Assembly: GCA_035221665.1 (NCBI GenBank)
Contig: CM069166.1
Span: 9,238,001 to 9,302,000, forward strand
Reading direction: 5' to 3'
Length of the DNA: 64,000 nucleotides
From: Okamejei kenojei
Lineage: Eukaryota
Shown: piece after piece, positions 51,510 through 63,360 of the stretch
Numbering within the stretch: the first letter of the stretch is position 1
How the letters are laid out: the number at the start of each line of letters is the position of its first letter
Made by a program: the position numbers and the translations under genes
Notes under the pieces: model-generated
What the model was told of the DNA's origin: nothing
The model's input: only the letters and a program-made list of their open reading frames with translations
Databases searched by the model: none

Positions 51510-51628
51510 CGAGTGTGGGAGGAAACCGAAGATCTCGGTGAAAACCCACGCAGGTCATGGGGAGAACATACAAACTCTGTACAGACAAGCGGCCGTAGTC
51601 AGGATCGAACCCGGGTCTCTGGCGTTGT
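51510..51628 (-). mobile_element. HE1-type SINE fragment
   Basis: GGAAACCGAAGATCTCGG...CAGGATCGAACCCGGGTCTCTGGCG, as in 33380-33475. Confidence 0.75.
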
Positions 51629-52029
51629 TAGGGAGTACCCACGTTCTTCTACTTTTCCCAATGATTATTGGATAATCATACCTGGCCATAATTAGCACCC
51701 CAAAAGTAATCTCAAAGCAATGACACAAATTCTTGCCCCACATTGATTCATGCGTTGCGAAAAACACAGCAACTGGACTCCTGCTTTTTATCTATCCATT
51801 TCCCATGTCAGACTACACACATCTGTCACAGATGCAGAACATTGCTAAACAATGAAAATTAATGGCTTGAAATGTACAACTTGTTGCAACTATTGCCAAC
51901 TGTCATTTTCAGCAACTACTACATCTGAACTAAACAGCAGGGGCCCAAATGAAGCAAGTCAAGCTAATGGTTAAACACAGCTAGTCCAGACTTAAAATGC
52001 ACGTGAGGCAGACTTTGAGAGACTTATTG

Positions 52030-53177
52030 TGTAAAAATGAACTGCAGATGCTGGTTTAAACCGAAGATAGACACAAAAAGGTGGACAGCTAACTTAGCGG
52101 GACAGGCAGCATCTCTAGAGAGAAGGAATGGGTGACATTTCAGGTCGAGACCCTTCTTCAGACTGGTTAGGTATAAGGCAAACGAGAGATATAGACGGTG
52201 ATGTGGAGAGATAAAGAACAATGAATGAAAGATATGTAAAAAATAACGGTGATAAAGTTTGTAGGGTGAAAATGAAAAGCTAGTGCGACTGGGGGGGGGG
52301 GAAAGAGAGAGAGGGAGAGAAAGAGAAAGAGAAAGAAAAAAGAGAAAGAGAAAGAGAAAAAGAGAGAGAAGTTTGAAGTGAAAGAAATCAATATTCATAC
52401 CACTGGGCTGTAAGCTGCCCAAGCGAAATATGACATGCAGTTCCTCCAATTTGCGTTTAGCCTTACTCTGTTCTCTGTCATTGTCAGAGTGAGGCTAAAT
52501 GCTGTTTCCTTTACTATCTTTACTTTTTTGCATATCTTTCATTCATTGTTTTTTATCTCTCCACATCACCGTCTATATCTCTCGTTTCCCTTAGTACCAG
52601 ACTGATTCCTGGGATGGCACGACTTCCATATGAAGAAAGACTGGATAGACTTGGCTTGTACTCGCTGGAATTTAGAAGATTGAGGGGTGATCTCATAGAG
52701 ACTTACAAAATTCTTAAGGGGTTGGACAGGCTAGATGCAGGAAGATTGTTCCCGATGTTGGGGAAGTCCAGGACAAGGGGTCACAGTTTAAGGATAAGGG
52801 GGAAGTCTTTTAGGACCGAGATGAGAAAATCATTTATCACACAGAGAGTGGTGAATCTGTGGAATTCTCTGCCACAGAAGGTAGTTGAGGCCAGTTCGTT
52901 GGCCATATTTAAGAGGGAGTTGGATGTGGCCCTTGTGGCTGAAGGGGTCAGGGGGTATGGAGAGAAGGCAGGTACAGGATACTGAGTTGGATGATCAGCC
53001 ATGATCATATTGAATGGCGGTGCAGGCTCGAAGGGCCGAACGGCCTGCTCCTGCACCCAATTTCTATGTTTCTATGTTTCTATCCCTAACCAGTCTGAAG
53101 ACCCAAAATGTCACCCATTCCTTCTCTCCAGAGATGCTGCCTGAACCGCTGAGTTAATCCAGATTTTAGTGTCTACA
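52030..53177. mobile_element. Penelope-like element 3' end with inverted pLTR, interrupted by CR1
   Basis: Minus-strand GIY-YIG terminus KLEELHVIFRLGSLQPSGMNIDF (about 52385-52455); inverted copy of the 3' region at 52520-52592 and 53084-53177; 12-bp TSD AGAGACTTATTG at 52018-52029 and 53178-53189. Confidence 0.85.
52595..53083 (+). mobile_element. Young CR1 LINE 3' end nested in the Penelope element
   Basis: Open ORF2 terminus (track ORF 52614-52985) and TTTCTATG tail repeats. Confidence 0.93.
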
Positions 53178-54409
53178 AGAGACTTATTGACAGGAGAGCA
53201 AGGGTCAGGAAGAAAAACGTACCTTTCAAGGTGAGGATCATGAGTGATTAAGATGGAAGACGTTAAGAGAACAGATAGCTGTTCATAATGGCAACATTTC
53301 TATTTGCAGGGGTTAGGAGATCAATGGAACAAAATGTTAGTTTATGTGCAGATCTTCCATAAAACTTCCAAACCGTGTGTGACGTGTTTAGTCATGACAA
53401 AGTAGAGTTAAGAAGAATATTCAGTAACATGAACAGTGACTGTGCAGATCCCTGGATTTGTTTGACTACATTAAAGATATTAGAGAATTTTCAAAGATTA
53501 CTTACATATTATTACTTTGGATTTCACCTTACCCAATGGTTATTGATTTAACATACATCATGATACTCAAAATGATGGCATAGTCCCATGTACTTTAAAC
53601 TATTGCAGTCCTGCTTTCTCTTCCTAGCTATCATTTTCAAAATCTTTGATGGTGCTTTAAAAAAAATCTCTGATGTTTTATTCTTTTTAGAATTTACCTT
53701 CCCTGAGAAATTGCTTGAACAAATTCTCTAGTTAAATCTCCAAATATTGAACTGTTCATTTTTATCTGACCCTATGCTATTAACAAAGTATCTAAAGCAC
53801 TTTCAATCAGCTGGCACTGGAGACTCACATTAACACGGTCTCTTACCACAATATTCCTTTATATAACCAGGCAAAAGTCAACGGGAGGGACAAGAAATAC
53901 GGCAACCAGAAAAACTTCACTTCCACATAAGATACCTTACAACATGGTAATCAAGAAAACTTAACCAAAGAACAAGGAGGATTATGCTTTCGTACATTAA
54001 TATATTTCTTAAATAACTGATTTTAAAAATATTTGCATCATTCCATTCAATGACATAAAACACGCAAGACCATTTTACTTTCACTTAATTAGTTGTTAAG
54101 TATAACAATAGCTAAAAACGTAGCATTACAGTGTGGTTCCACCCTCATTGTTTGAGCATAATCATGATTTAAAACATTTATCAACACTGGACATACTACA
54201 GCCAAGCACTATTATAGCTTTCTGGGTTTCAGTAGGAATAACTGTACTGAGATCTAGAGTACAAGACCATTCCAACTTACCCACACCACAAAAAACACAA
54301 GGCCTTAGGGCAGAGAGGCAATTGCTGCATCCATATCATCATCCATGCTGATACAAAATTGTTCAGCTCAAGCATGGAACGAAACCCAAAGGAAAACCTT
54401 TTTATTTTT

Positions 54410-55745
54410 TTGAGAGGCCAGGATTTATTGTCCATCCCAAAATACCTTTGAAGATGAGGAGGTGAACAAGTATTTTGAACTGCTTCAGAGATTTTGGTGA
54501 AGGAACTCCATTTTTGACGATGACTACCAGGATTTAGAACCAGCAATGATGAAATAATAGCAATACACTTCCAAATCTGAATGATGTGCAGTACAAAGGG
54601 GAAACTGCACATGCTAATGTCCCATATGCCTAACGTCCCTATTCTGCTTGGTGATGAGAGGTTTTTGGCTTGGGAAGACCTTTCCTCGTGGTCCCGATGA
54701 AAAACTGCAGTGCATTTGTGGATGGCACATGGCGCAGCCACCGATCCAGGAAAGGGAGAGAAGTCCAACACACTCCCGAATTGCGATAAGGCTTCAGGAG
54801 ATGATTAGTTCACTGAAAGATAATCGTATCTTGAGCTGGTCTCATAACCACATTATTGATGTGGCTGGCTCTTTTGATCAATGGTTGTGAGTGGAGTCAC
54901 CAAAGTAAAACCAAACTTGGGCAGCAGCCATTTATCGGCACTGTTAATTAAAGATTGAGAGTAGGCAGTAATGTGAAATCGTATTTCTTTTTGTGAACGG
55001 TATATGTGGTCATTTTGCCACAAGATCAAGCAGATACCAATGTTGCATCTGGACCAGTCTGAAGAAGGGTCTCGACCCGAAACGTCACCTATCTCCTTCG
55101 CTCCTTAGATGCTGCTGCACCCGCTGAGTTTCTCCAGCTTTTTGTGTACCCTCGATTCTCCAGCATCTGCAGTTCCTTCGTTAACACTTTACTCCACTGC
55201 GATATCTCCTCAAGGTATGCCTACTTTGAAGAAGTTCTCCTCCTCCCTACTAAAAACACCAGTCTGAAGAAGGGTCTCGACCTGAAACGTCGCCTATCTC
55301 CTTCGCTCCTTAGATGCTGCTGCACCCGCTGAGTTTCTCCAGCTTTTTGTGTACCCTTGCATCTGGAACAGCTTGGCTGGAGACAGTTCATCAACTGCAG
55401 TTCTACAATGAGGAGAACTGGAGCCAGCAGCCTTTATTATAGCCATTGTTCTCGGTGAGTTTCATGTCATATGAAGTGAATCAAATAGATTGAACACGTC
55501 TTCTGTGAAGGTTTGACCATGAAAAGTATCATTATCAATGGCAAAGGCATTGGCCTCTTCTTCAGCACTAACGTACTAGCTGCCCACCATTGTCAAGAAT
55601 GGGGATATACTATGAGCTGTTGTTGCATCCCAATAGCATCTTCCTGTCCACCACCATTCGTGACTAAATGTGTTTGGATTGCAAAGATTTGATCTGATGG
55701 TTGAGAGACTGCTTACTGCATGCTGTCTAACAAATAAGTAGTGTT
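54410..55745 (-). mobile_element. Old degraded LINE fragments
   Basis: Pattern resembling common elasmobranch LINE sequence on the minus strand; no intact frame; family not determined. Confidence 0.4.
55054..55356 (+). mobile_element. Retrozyme-like non-autonomous Penelope derivative: 1.5 tandem copies of a 205-nt unit, each with a minimal type I hammerhead core
   Basis: Direct repeats start at 55054 and 55259 (CCAGTCTGAAGAAGGGTCTCGACC(C/T)GAAACGTC); 11-bp TSD TTGCATCTGGA at 55043-55053 and 55357-55367. Confidence 0.75.
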
Positions 55746-56039
55746 TTGTTGCAGCTTCAAGTCAGAACCATACAAACATCAAGGAATCTCAAAATTGTCG
55801 TAGTCTAGGTTTTCATTTAAAACTAATTCTTGTTTTCTTTAAGGAGTAAATTTATGGCCCACAACATTTTCACCCAAGACCATGAGTGTACAATTCATTT
55901 CAGTGTCTTCATGCTCAGTGGGAAGTGTTGCATCAGTTGCAAAGTGGCCAGGTTTCATCTCATTATTGCATTCCAGTAAACAGAATGAAAAAGACCAACA
56001 AATGTTGCCAGTGCATTAGATATCCAAAAATCACTTGGC

Positions 56040-56760
56040 ATTGATCATCTGACTGAATGGTACCAGAAAAACAACCTTGCTCTCAACATCAGTAAAACTA
56101 CGGAAATGATTGTTGGCTTTTGAAGAAGCAGGTGAGGATGCATGAACCTGCCTTCATCGACGGTCAGTTGTGGAGAGGGTCAATAACTTCAAGTTCCTAG
56201 GTTTGCATATCTCTGAATATCTGCCCTGGACACAGTACATTGATACAATCATAAAGTAAGCCCATCAATGCCTCAACTAGCTTAGAAGATGGAGGAGTTT
56301 CAGAACGTTGATGAATACTCTCTTGAATTTCTACAGCTGTATGGTAGAGCGCATATTGACTGGTTGCATCACTGCCTGGTTTGGCAACTCAAACGCTCAG
56401 GAACAAAGGAGATAAAAAATGGTGTATACTGACTGCCCAGTCCGTCAAAGGTACTGACCTTCCCACCATCAAAGGGTTCTTCTGGAGGTGCTGTCTGAAA
56501 AAGGCAGCCAACATCATCAAGAACCCACACCACCCTACCCATACTCTCATTTCACTCCTGCCATCAGAAGGTAGTACAGGATCCTGCAAACTGTAATGTC
56601 CACACCCAAGTACAGCTTCTTCTTTAACTTTTTCTTTGTGTTTGTTTATTATATTATCTATTGAGTACTGTGCTTAGAAACCTATTGTGCTGCTGCTGCA
56701 AGCAAGAATTTCATTGTTCCATTTTGGTGCATATGAAAATAAAACACTCTTGACTTCTGA
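56040..56760 (+). mobile_element. Degraded Rex1/Babar LINE 3' part
   Basis: NNLALNISKTTEMIV, VERVNNFKFLG, LKKAANIIKNPHHP remnants; AATAAAACACTCTTGACTT tail. Confidence 0.8.
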
Positions 56761-57994
56761 CTTGAATATCATTGCAATTGAGTATCGTTAAAACTTGTAA
56801 AAACATTAATGCCAATGTGTTGCAAAATGAATCACAGCCTTCATGCTTGTGAAACTTAAATTATGCAATACTTCATGCACTGGATTTAATTCGAAAATGC
56901 CACAAATTACACAGAATTTTGCAATATTGCAGCTGTTCGTATAAGACAGTTTCGTAAGAAACCAGTGTCTCGATCTCTCAAATACTCTACAAACACGGAT
57001 GTGATTCTGTGGCTGTGTGGAATGCCAAAATCTGGCATTAACTGTACACTCTTATCTACAGAAGAGATAAACCTCAACCTTCAAAAGTGAGCGTGTCCAC
57101 ACAGCAGTGATAACTGGGAACAATTAAAACAGTCAGGCCTTTCAGTAGCTTGTTACCAGCCATTTGCATTGAAATGCCCAATCATTTGAGAGATTGGGAT
57201 GAGAGAGGGGGAGGGAGGAAAAGTGATGTTTCACCATTCCATGCAAGTTTAAATTTATCAACATCAAAAGATGAGGCAAAATCCATCGTATCACAAAGAC
57301 TTCAAACATGACATAAGAACATTCATGAACCACTCAGCTTATAAACCTATTTCCTCAATAAGATGATCAAGGCTAATATTTTCCTCAGTGTCAGCTTCTG
57401 GAATTAAACTCATTTCATTTACTTTCCTTAATATATTGACTTCTATCGTGAATATTTATAGCAACTGAATCTCATAAGTTCCTTGTATAATTAATTCCAA
57501 AGATTCATCCTCAGTGATGAAATGTCTTATTTCAGTCCAGAACGGCCAACATCTGAAATTGAAACTGTAATCTTTGGTTCCAGATTTCTAGCCATGCAAA
57601 CATTATCCTTGCATCAACCCGTCAACCTCCTTTACAGTTTTCTATGCTTCAATGAGATCTCCTTTAATACTATAGATAAGTCTGCTTAATCTCTACATAT
57701 ACAGAAAGTTCTGCTGTAAAGCGATAGTTGTGTTCCTAAGAAACCTTGGGTTATAGAAAATTGAGTTATTAAAAACTATTGGGTTAATGGGGTGAAAAGT
57801 GAGCTAGGGGCTGGGGAGGTTAAGACCAACAATTAGTTATTTTTCCCCATACAGAGTTTTCAAAAAGATTTTTCTAATAGCTGTAATTTTATTTTTGTTA
57901 CTGAAAGCTGTATGTAACATTGTTTAATAGAAGTCAATATATTAAGGAAAACTCATTGCACAAGTGTCAATGGAAACGATTGTTTGTCAATTTC

Positions 57995-58229
57995 GTAGTC
58001 AGGAACGGAAGATGCTGGTTTACATCGAAGATGTAAACCAGTAAACCACAAAATGCTGGAGTAACTCAGCGGGACAGGGAGCATCTCTGGATAGAAGGAA
58101 TGGGTTGATGTTTCAGGTCAAGATCGTTCTTCAGTCTGAAGGGTCTCAACCCAAAATGTCACCCACTCCTTCAATCCAGAGATGCAGCCTGTCCTGCTGA
58201 GTTACTCCAGCATTTTATGTCTAACTTGC
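57995..58229. mobile_element. Penelope-derived palindromic mini-element nested in a MITE
   Basis: Inverted arms around CTTCAGTCTGAAG; 11-bp TSD TTGTCAATTTC at 57984-57994 and 58230-58240. Confidence 0.8.
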
Positions 58230-59448
58230 TTGTCAATTTCTCAAGCCACTGGCCTCTGTTCTTACAAGACAATGATTACAACGGGACAGTTACATAGAAA
58301 GTATTTGTCCCTTCGATTTCTCTCCCCCCGCTTTGTCTCTGCTTGTCAATTTCCAAAGTAACATTAGTTCCCTCATTTCTGATCAAAATTGTATTATTAC
58401 CAATTTGGCCCACATAATACAGTAATGTTCCCTAATTCCTCAATGATGTTACACCCAATTAGAGATACGAGTTTATGAGTTACAACATGTGTTGTAGCAG
58501 AACAACCTGGAGAACAAACTTCACCCAAATATATACTGGTTTGGTAATGAGAAAGAATGCGCTGTCCACAATTTTGCTTTCTGGGACAGTAGGGGGAAAG
58601 AGGAACATGTACGTGTTATCAAATTTGTGGCTGCCACATGTATTAAATTGGTGCCTTTGATATCCATTTTAATATCAAGTCCTCAAATTATTAGTTATTG
58701 GGTTCAGTGTACAAAATTAGAGAAAAGACAGGAGAAAATACAACTATAATCCCATTGCTCTGGTCTGAAAATGTAAATGAGAGAATCATGCTCTCACTTT
58801 TACCAGTGCATCTCTGGCTTCCTGTTTTAATGTTAAACATTTCCATACAAACAATTTTCCATCAGCAGAATTTACGACAATTCAAAGAAGTAATTGTTAA
58901 TTTCATATGCTACATTCACGGCAAGAAATAATGATCTGGAAGAAGCAGCATTGAAATTGATTTCTCATCATAGGCAGAATACAGGACCACATAGAACTCA
59001 ATTTGCAGCAAAGCTTCGAAAAGGAAAAAAAAAGAAAAAAAATCACATCTTACCCACTGCCTACGGTTGCAGTGATTTCCTGCAGTTCACATCCAGATTA
59101 AACAAATAAGACCGTTTCAATCTATTAAATCACAAATACTGATGAAATCACCACCATACCTCTCAACTGTATGCTTTTTAAAAAAATTACTGTGACGCAA
59201 TATAAAGCTGCACACATAGAAATAGCAGCCAAATGAAACCAATCAAAATCAGGCAATTTACAAATGCTACCAAAAGCCGCATTCTTCTGAAAGCATAAAC
59301 CAGAATTCTGCCAATAAACGCATTGCAGTTTGAGAGGTATGTGCACCACAAAATTAAAGCCGTTACAAATACGTACAAATTTATTTTAACCTTGGCCCCA
59401 ACCTAGGATAACCTAAGGGTCTACTTCACAAGGTTGCACTACACCAAC

Positions 59449-59568
59449 CTTTTATGCCTGGTTTCTTCCCAGTGCTCAGCTGGCCGCTAACGTCATGTAA
59501 CCTGGTATCCAGCTCACTCTTCGAGTCTAGCTGGAGGTCATCGTTCGATTTCCCTGGGACTTTTTTCA
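59449..59568 (-). CDS. BRD4: BRD4 post-ET exon homologous to the BRD2/BRD3 coiled-coil exon
   Basis: 120 nt, phase 1-1, tttgcag acceptor and G|GTTGGT donor. xKKVPGKSNDDLQLDSKSELDTRLHDVSGQLSTGKKPGIK aligns with BRD3-type [31 protein letters not shown] and joins in frame to the SEED exon. Not in the ORF track. Upstream ET and bromodomain exons were not found in the window. Confidence 0.85.
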
Positions 59569-62319
59569 CTGCAAACAGCATCACACAACAAGATTTGGAC
59601 CAAACACTTTGGTACCATTATACAGGTACAACACAGTGAATAAAAATGACTCTAATTTTGCACATGGGATCAGATGCAAATTGAAGGAAGGAAAAGCAGC
59701 TAAAGGAAAAAAAGGATCCATTCATTGTTTGCAACTTAAAAGGCCAATAATCTAAAAGAGAATTTAGCAAATGTTTGGAAGCATGTAGCGAGGTCATGAT
59801 AATTTTGTTTTGTGAAACATAAACCACATTTAAAAAATACTGAAGTATATAGAATGCACAATTCAATTTATTGCCAAAAACATTCGAACCAAAGAGCTGC
59901 TCAGACGATCAGACCAGAGGGAAAGGGAGTGAGTGTTAAAAAACATTCCTGGCCACTGATTATAAATAAGTCAAATTTAGAAAAAAAAAACATAAAAGGC
60001 ACATGAATTGTGAGGAATAAAAAAACAATTTTTACTTTAACCAAACTTGGACCAAGTTAAATTTCATTTGAACCACTTGCACTCATAGTAAAAGGCTAAT
60101 GGTTGAAGCAACTGGTCAAAGTTTTTCAACTTTCCCAAACCATATACTAGCTGCCATGACAACCAGAGATTTGCTACGGCAACAGTGGAAGTATCCAGTC
60201 TTTTCCTTCAGCATGGTTAGCATTATAATGAGTTATATGACCCCAAAAAATAGTGTTTCAGTGCACCACTTTCTTTCTCATTTTTTTTGCTATGAGAAAT
60301 ATTACCTAAAATATTTTTCCCCCATAAAGATTTACTTTTATATCATGACGTCACTACTGAAATTCACGATGTTTGCCAAATTCAAAATAAATTTAACTGG
60401 AGAAGCCAAATCTGGTTCAAGATTAAAAAGAAAACAGTGTACCTCTGAAAACCAGCTGTTGCTCTGATCTCTAGGTTAAGCAGTCCCAAAGATGTAAATA
60501 CCCAACCTGTGTGTGCCCATTCACAAGTCCAATGATGCTGTGACAGTGTAGATCATTTAACAATGATCACATATCCAAAGTAAACAGAAGATGATTGTTG
60601 TCATAAAAACTGAACATTACAAATGTCTTCCAACAAAAAAAATGCAGAACAAACCACCCAAATCAGGGCCTGTTCATGGTGCATAATGAAAACATCATAC
60701 ATACATCCTCACTGGAATCAGTGAACTAATTGGTTATTTATCTCATTTGCAACTACCAAGTTATCAAAATACATTGAAGCAGATTATCTACTCTGAAGTT
60801 AATACAGCAAGTCCTCCCCCCCTCCCCCCCCCCATCACCATACAAAAATCCTACAAATTTGAATATCAATAGCTTCTGCAACAAAGAATAAAATTCGTAT
60901 ATGTACAGGCAGAGAAATTTGTGTTCAATTTTACACGTTTCTGGACTGATTGAGGGAAAAATTAAGTACGATAAGTATCTGGATCTAATCTAGACCTTAC
61001 ATATGCGTTCAAGTTAGATACTAAGAGCATGCAAATTCAGATATTTATGTCATTGTTTCAAGGTTAAATTACCAGCACAGAAAACAGTTACAAAGCAACT
61101 GGTCTAAGTTTCTCAACTTTCCTGAAGCATTTCATTAGACAGTATATTTTTATGTACAATGGCAGGCATGCTCCTGGCATTTAGAATTTAGAAAATGAAA
61201 CTGTCCAAATCAGAGCAAGTTTTCAAGGAATGATGATGCAGAAAAATTGTCCATAATTCTTCTAATTTAAGGATAAACTAGTTGTTACTCAAATTGTAGT
61301 TTAGTACATTAAATAATGCTAAAGCAGAATAGGATGTGTTTTACAGGGGAGGACAGGTGGCCAAAACAAATATGGTTGATTTTGCTTAAATCCAAGATTG
61401 CCAAAAAGTGTATTTACAATCATATCCTAAGAATTGAAAGCTAATATTAAGGATAGTAATGTATTGATTCTACCCAATCCCATACAGCAAACCCCCGATA
61501 GGCCCACAAAGACCAGAGTACCTACTGTATATATGATTAGCACTGGTAACATGGACATTCCTAATGCTGTAAATGTACATCAGCCAGGCTTACCTGGAGG
61601 ACCACATTGTGGGTCTGGCTAAGACTTCACTAAAGTCAGTTCAACTGCACCTGAATTGGGCAAGGGTTGGTCTTGTTAAAAATTTATTCTCAGAATCATA
61701 GTATTTTGATGTATAATGTGAGCAAGCCGGAATACTGGGGCAAAGTCTAAGAGATTAGGTAATCTCAAATATCTTGATAATCAAATAAAGCCAAGTCAAT
61801 CTATGCAATATGTTTGGCCCACATACGAGTTCCTGACAATGTATCATCCCTATCATCGAGATCGGCTATCACCACCAGTTTGAGATCCACCCATGATGAA
61901 ACATGCCCTTCCATCTGGGTCAAGAACCCTCAGGATTTTACATTGCAATCAAGTCTCACTCTTCTAAACTCCAGCAGATGCAAGCCAAGCCTATCCAACC
62001 TCATTTTAAATATTTGTCTCAAAAACCTCTCTAAGCTGCTTAACATTCTTAATTTCATAAGTTTACTAATGCTGTATGTGTGCTCCAGATGTAGTCCAAT
62101 AGCCAATGTAATGAAGCATGAACTTTCTACTTGTGTATTCAATAACCCTCGCAATAAACATTAAGATCGTTAGCTTTTCTAATCACTGAGTGCTGGCATA
62201 TTAACCTTTTGAAAAATAATGCACGAGTTCACCCCGATGCCTCTACTGACAGCTGTACTTTTAGACATCTTGGCATCATGCTCCATAATTCTCCTCCTCG
62301 ATAAATGTCCCGTAAGTTC

Positions 62320-62590
62320 CTTAAACACTGTTTTTATCAGTTTTTATCCACGAGTAGTTGCTCTATTCAACAGCCAAAAATCTTTAGCCTCCCTTTCATC
62401 TGGTATTTTGTTGGTTCACATGCCTAATCAATGGTGTTTTATCATTAATGTTTTATTATTATTAATGTTTAGCTTTTACCGAGTCATTCGTAGCTGTCAC
62501 TGTATGTCATGCTGTTACTTGTGGGCGGAGCACCAAGGCAAATCCCTTGTATGTGAATACTTGGCCAATAAACTTATTTACTTATTGATC
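62320..62590 (+). mobile_element. Rex1/Babar 3' tail
   Basis: Matches 37900-38135 (CCACGAGTAG...GCGGAGCACCAAGGCAAAT...CCAATAAAC). Confidence 0.8.
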
Positions 62591-62997
62591 ACTACCATTC
62601 ATATGGCCCGTGACACCATTAAAAGGACACAAACATCACTGTTAAGTGTCCTGGTACATTTAACTACATTAAAGGCACGTTTTATTTGTGTCTGTCAGCT
62701 AATGGTAGTGACAAAATGTGTTGGCAGCATGGGTAGATTTGCAATAGCATCTGTCCCCACAATATGAAGGTCAGAATATCATGGCACATAACCATCTCCA
62801 ATGACAATCTGCAAATAAAAATATCCAAGGACATGTATTTGTTAGCATCTTGGACAAAGAGTAAATTATACTCTGGTTTATTTTATTTCAATATGGTGGG
62901 ATTGTATCATGAGACAAAATGAATTTGTACTGTGTCAGCTCCTTAGAATCAAAAGTAAATAAAAATATTCAGAGAATTCAAATGTTCATGCCGTTAG

Positions 62998-63360
62998 TAT
63001 ATTCTGCTTGAGTGGCTTATAACCCAACAGTATGCACATTGAATTCTCTGATTTTAGGCAAGTACAACCCCCCATCCCACCTACCCCAACCCCTCTCCAG
63101 CTACATTCCTTTTAGCTTCACAATCGCAATGTTTCAATCCTTTTCTCACACACCTGCCTTTTTATCTCTAGCCTTTGTCAACCTGTACGGCACCTGTATC
63201 AACCTATTACCTGCCAGGCTTTGTCCAGTCCCTACACTCTTCCAGCTTTCTTCCCCCTCCCCCTTTAATCAGCCTGAAGGGTCCAACCTAAAACAACACC
63301 TCTATGTTCTTCAGAGATGCTGCCTGGCCGGCTGAGTTACTCCAGCATTGTGTGTCTTTT
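62998..63360 (+). mobile_element. Degraded Penelope-like 3' end
   Basis: ATATTCTGCTTGAGTGGCTTATAACCCAACAGTATGCACATTGAATTC (GIY-YIG terminus remnant) followed by a pLTR-type tail GAGATGCTGCCTGGCCGGCTGAGTTACTCCAGCA. Confidence 0.65.

Noticed and set aside
59139-59150. CTGATGA as a hammerhead or C/D-box snoRNA motif
   Set aside because: No stem II followed by GAAA and no matching terminal stem; it is also antisense to the host transcript.
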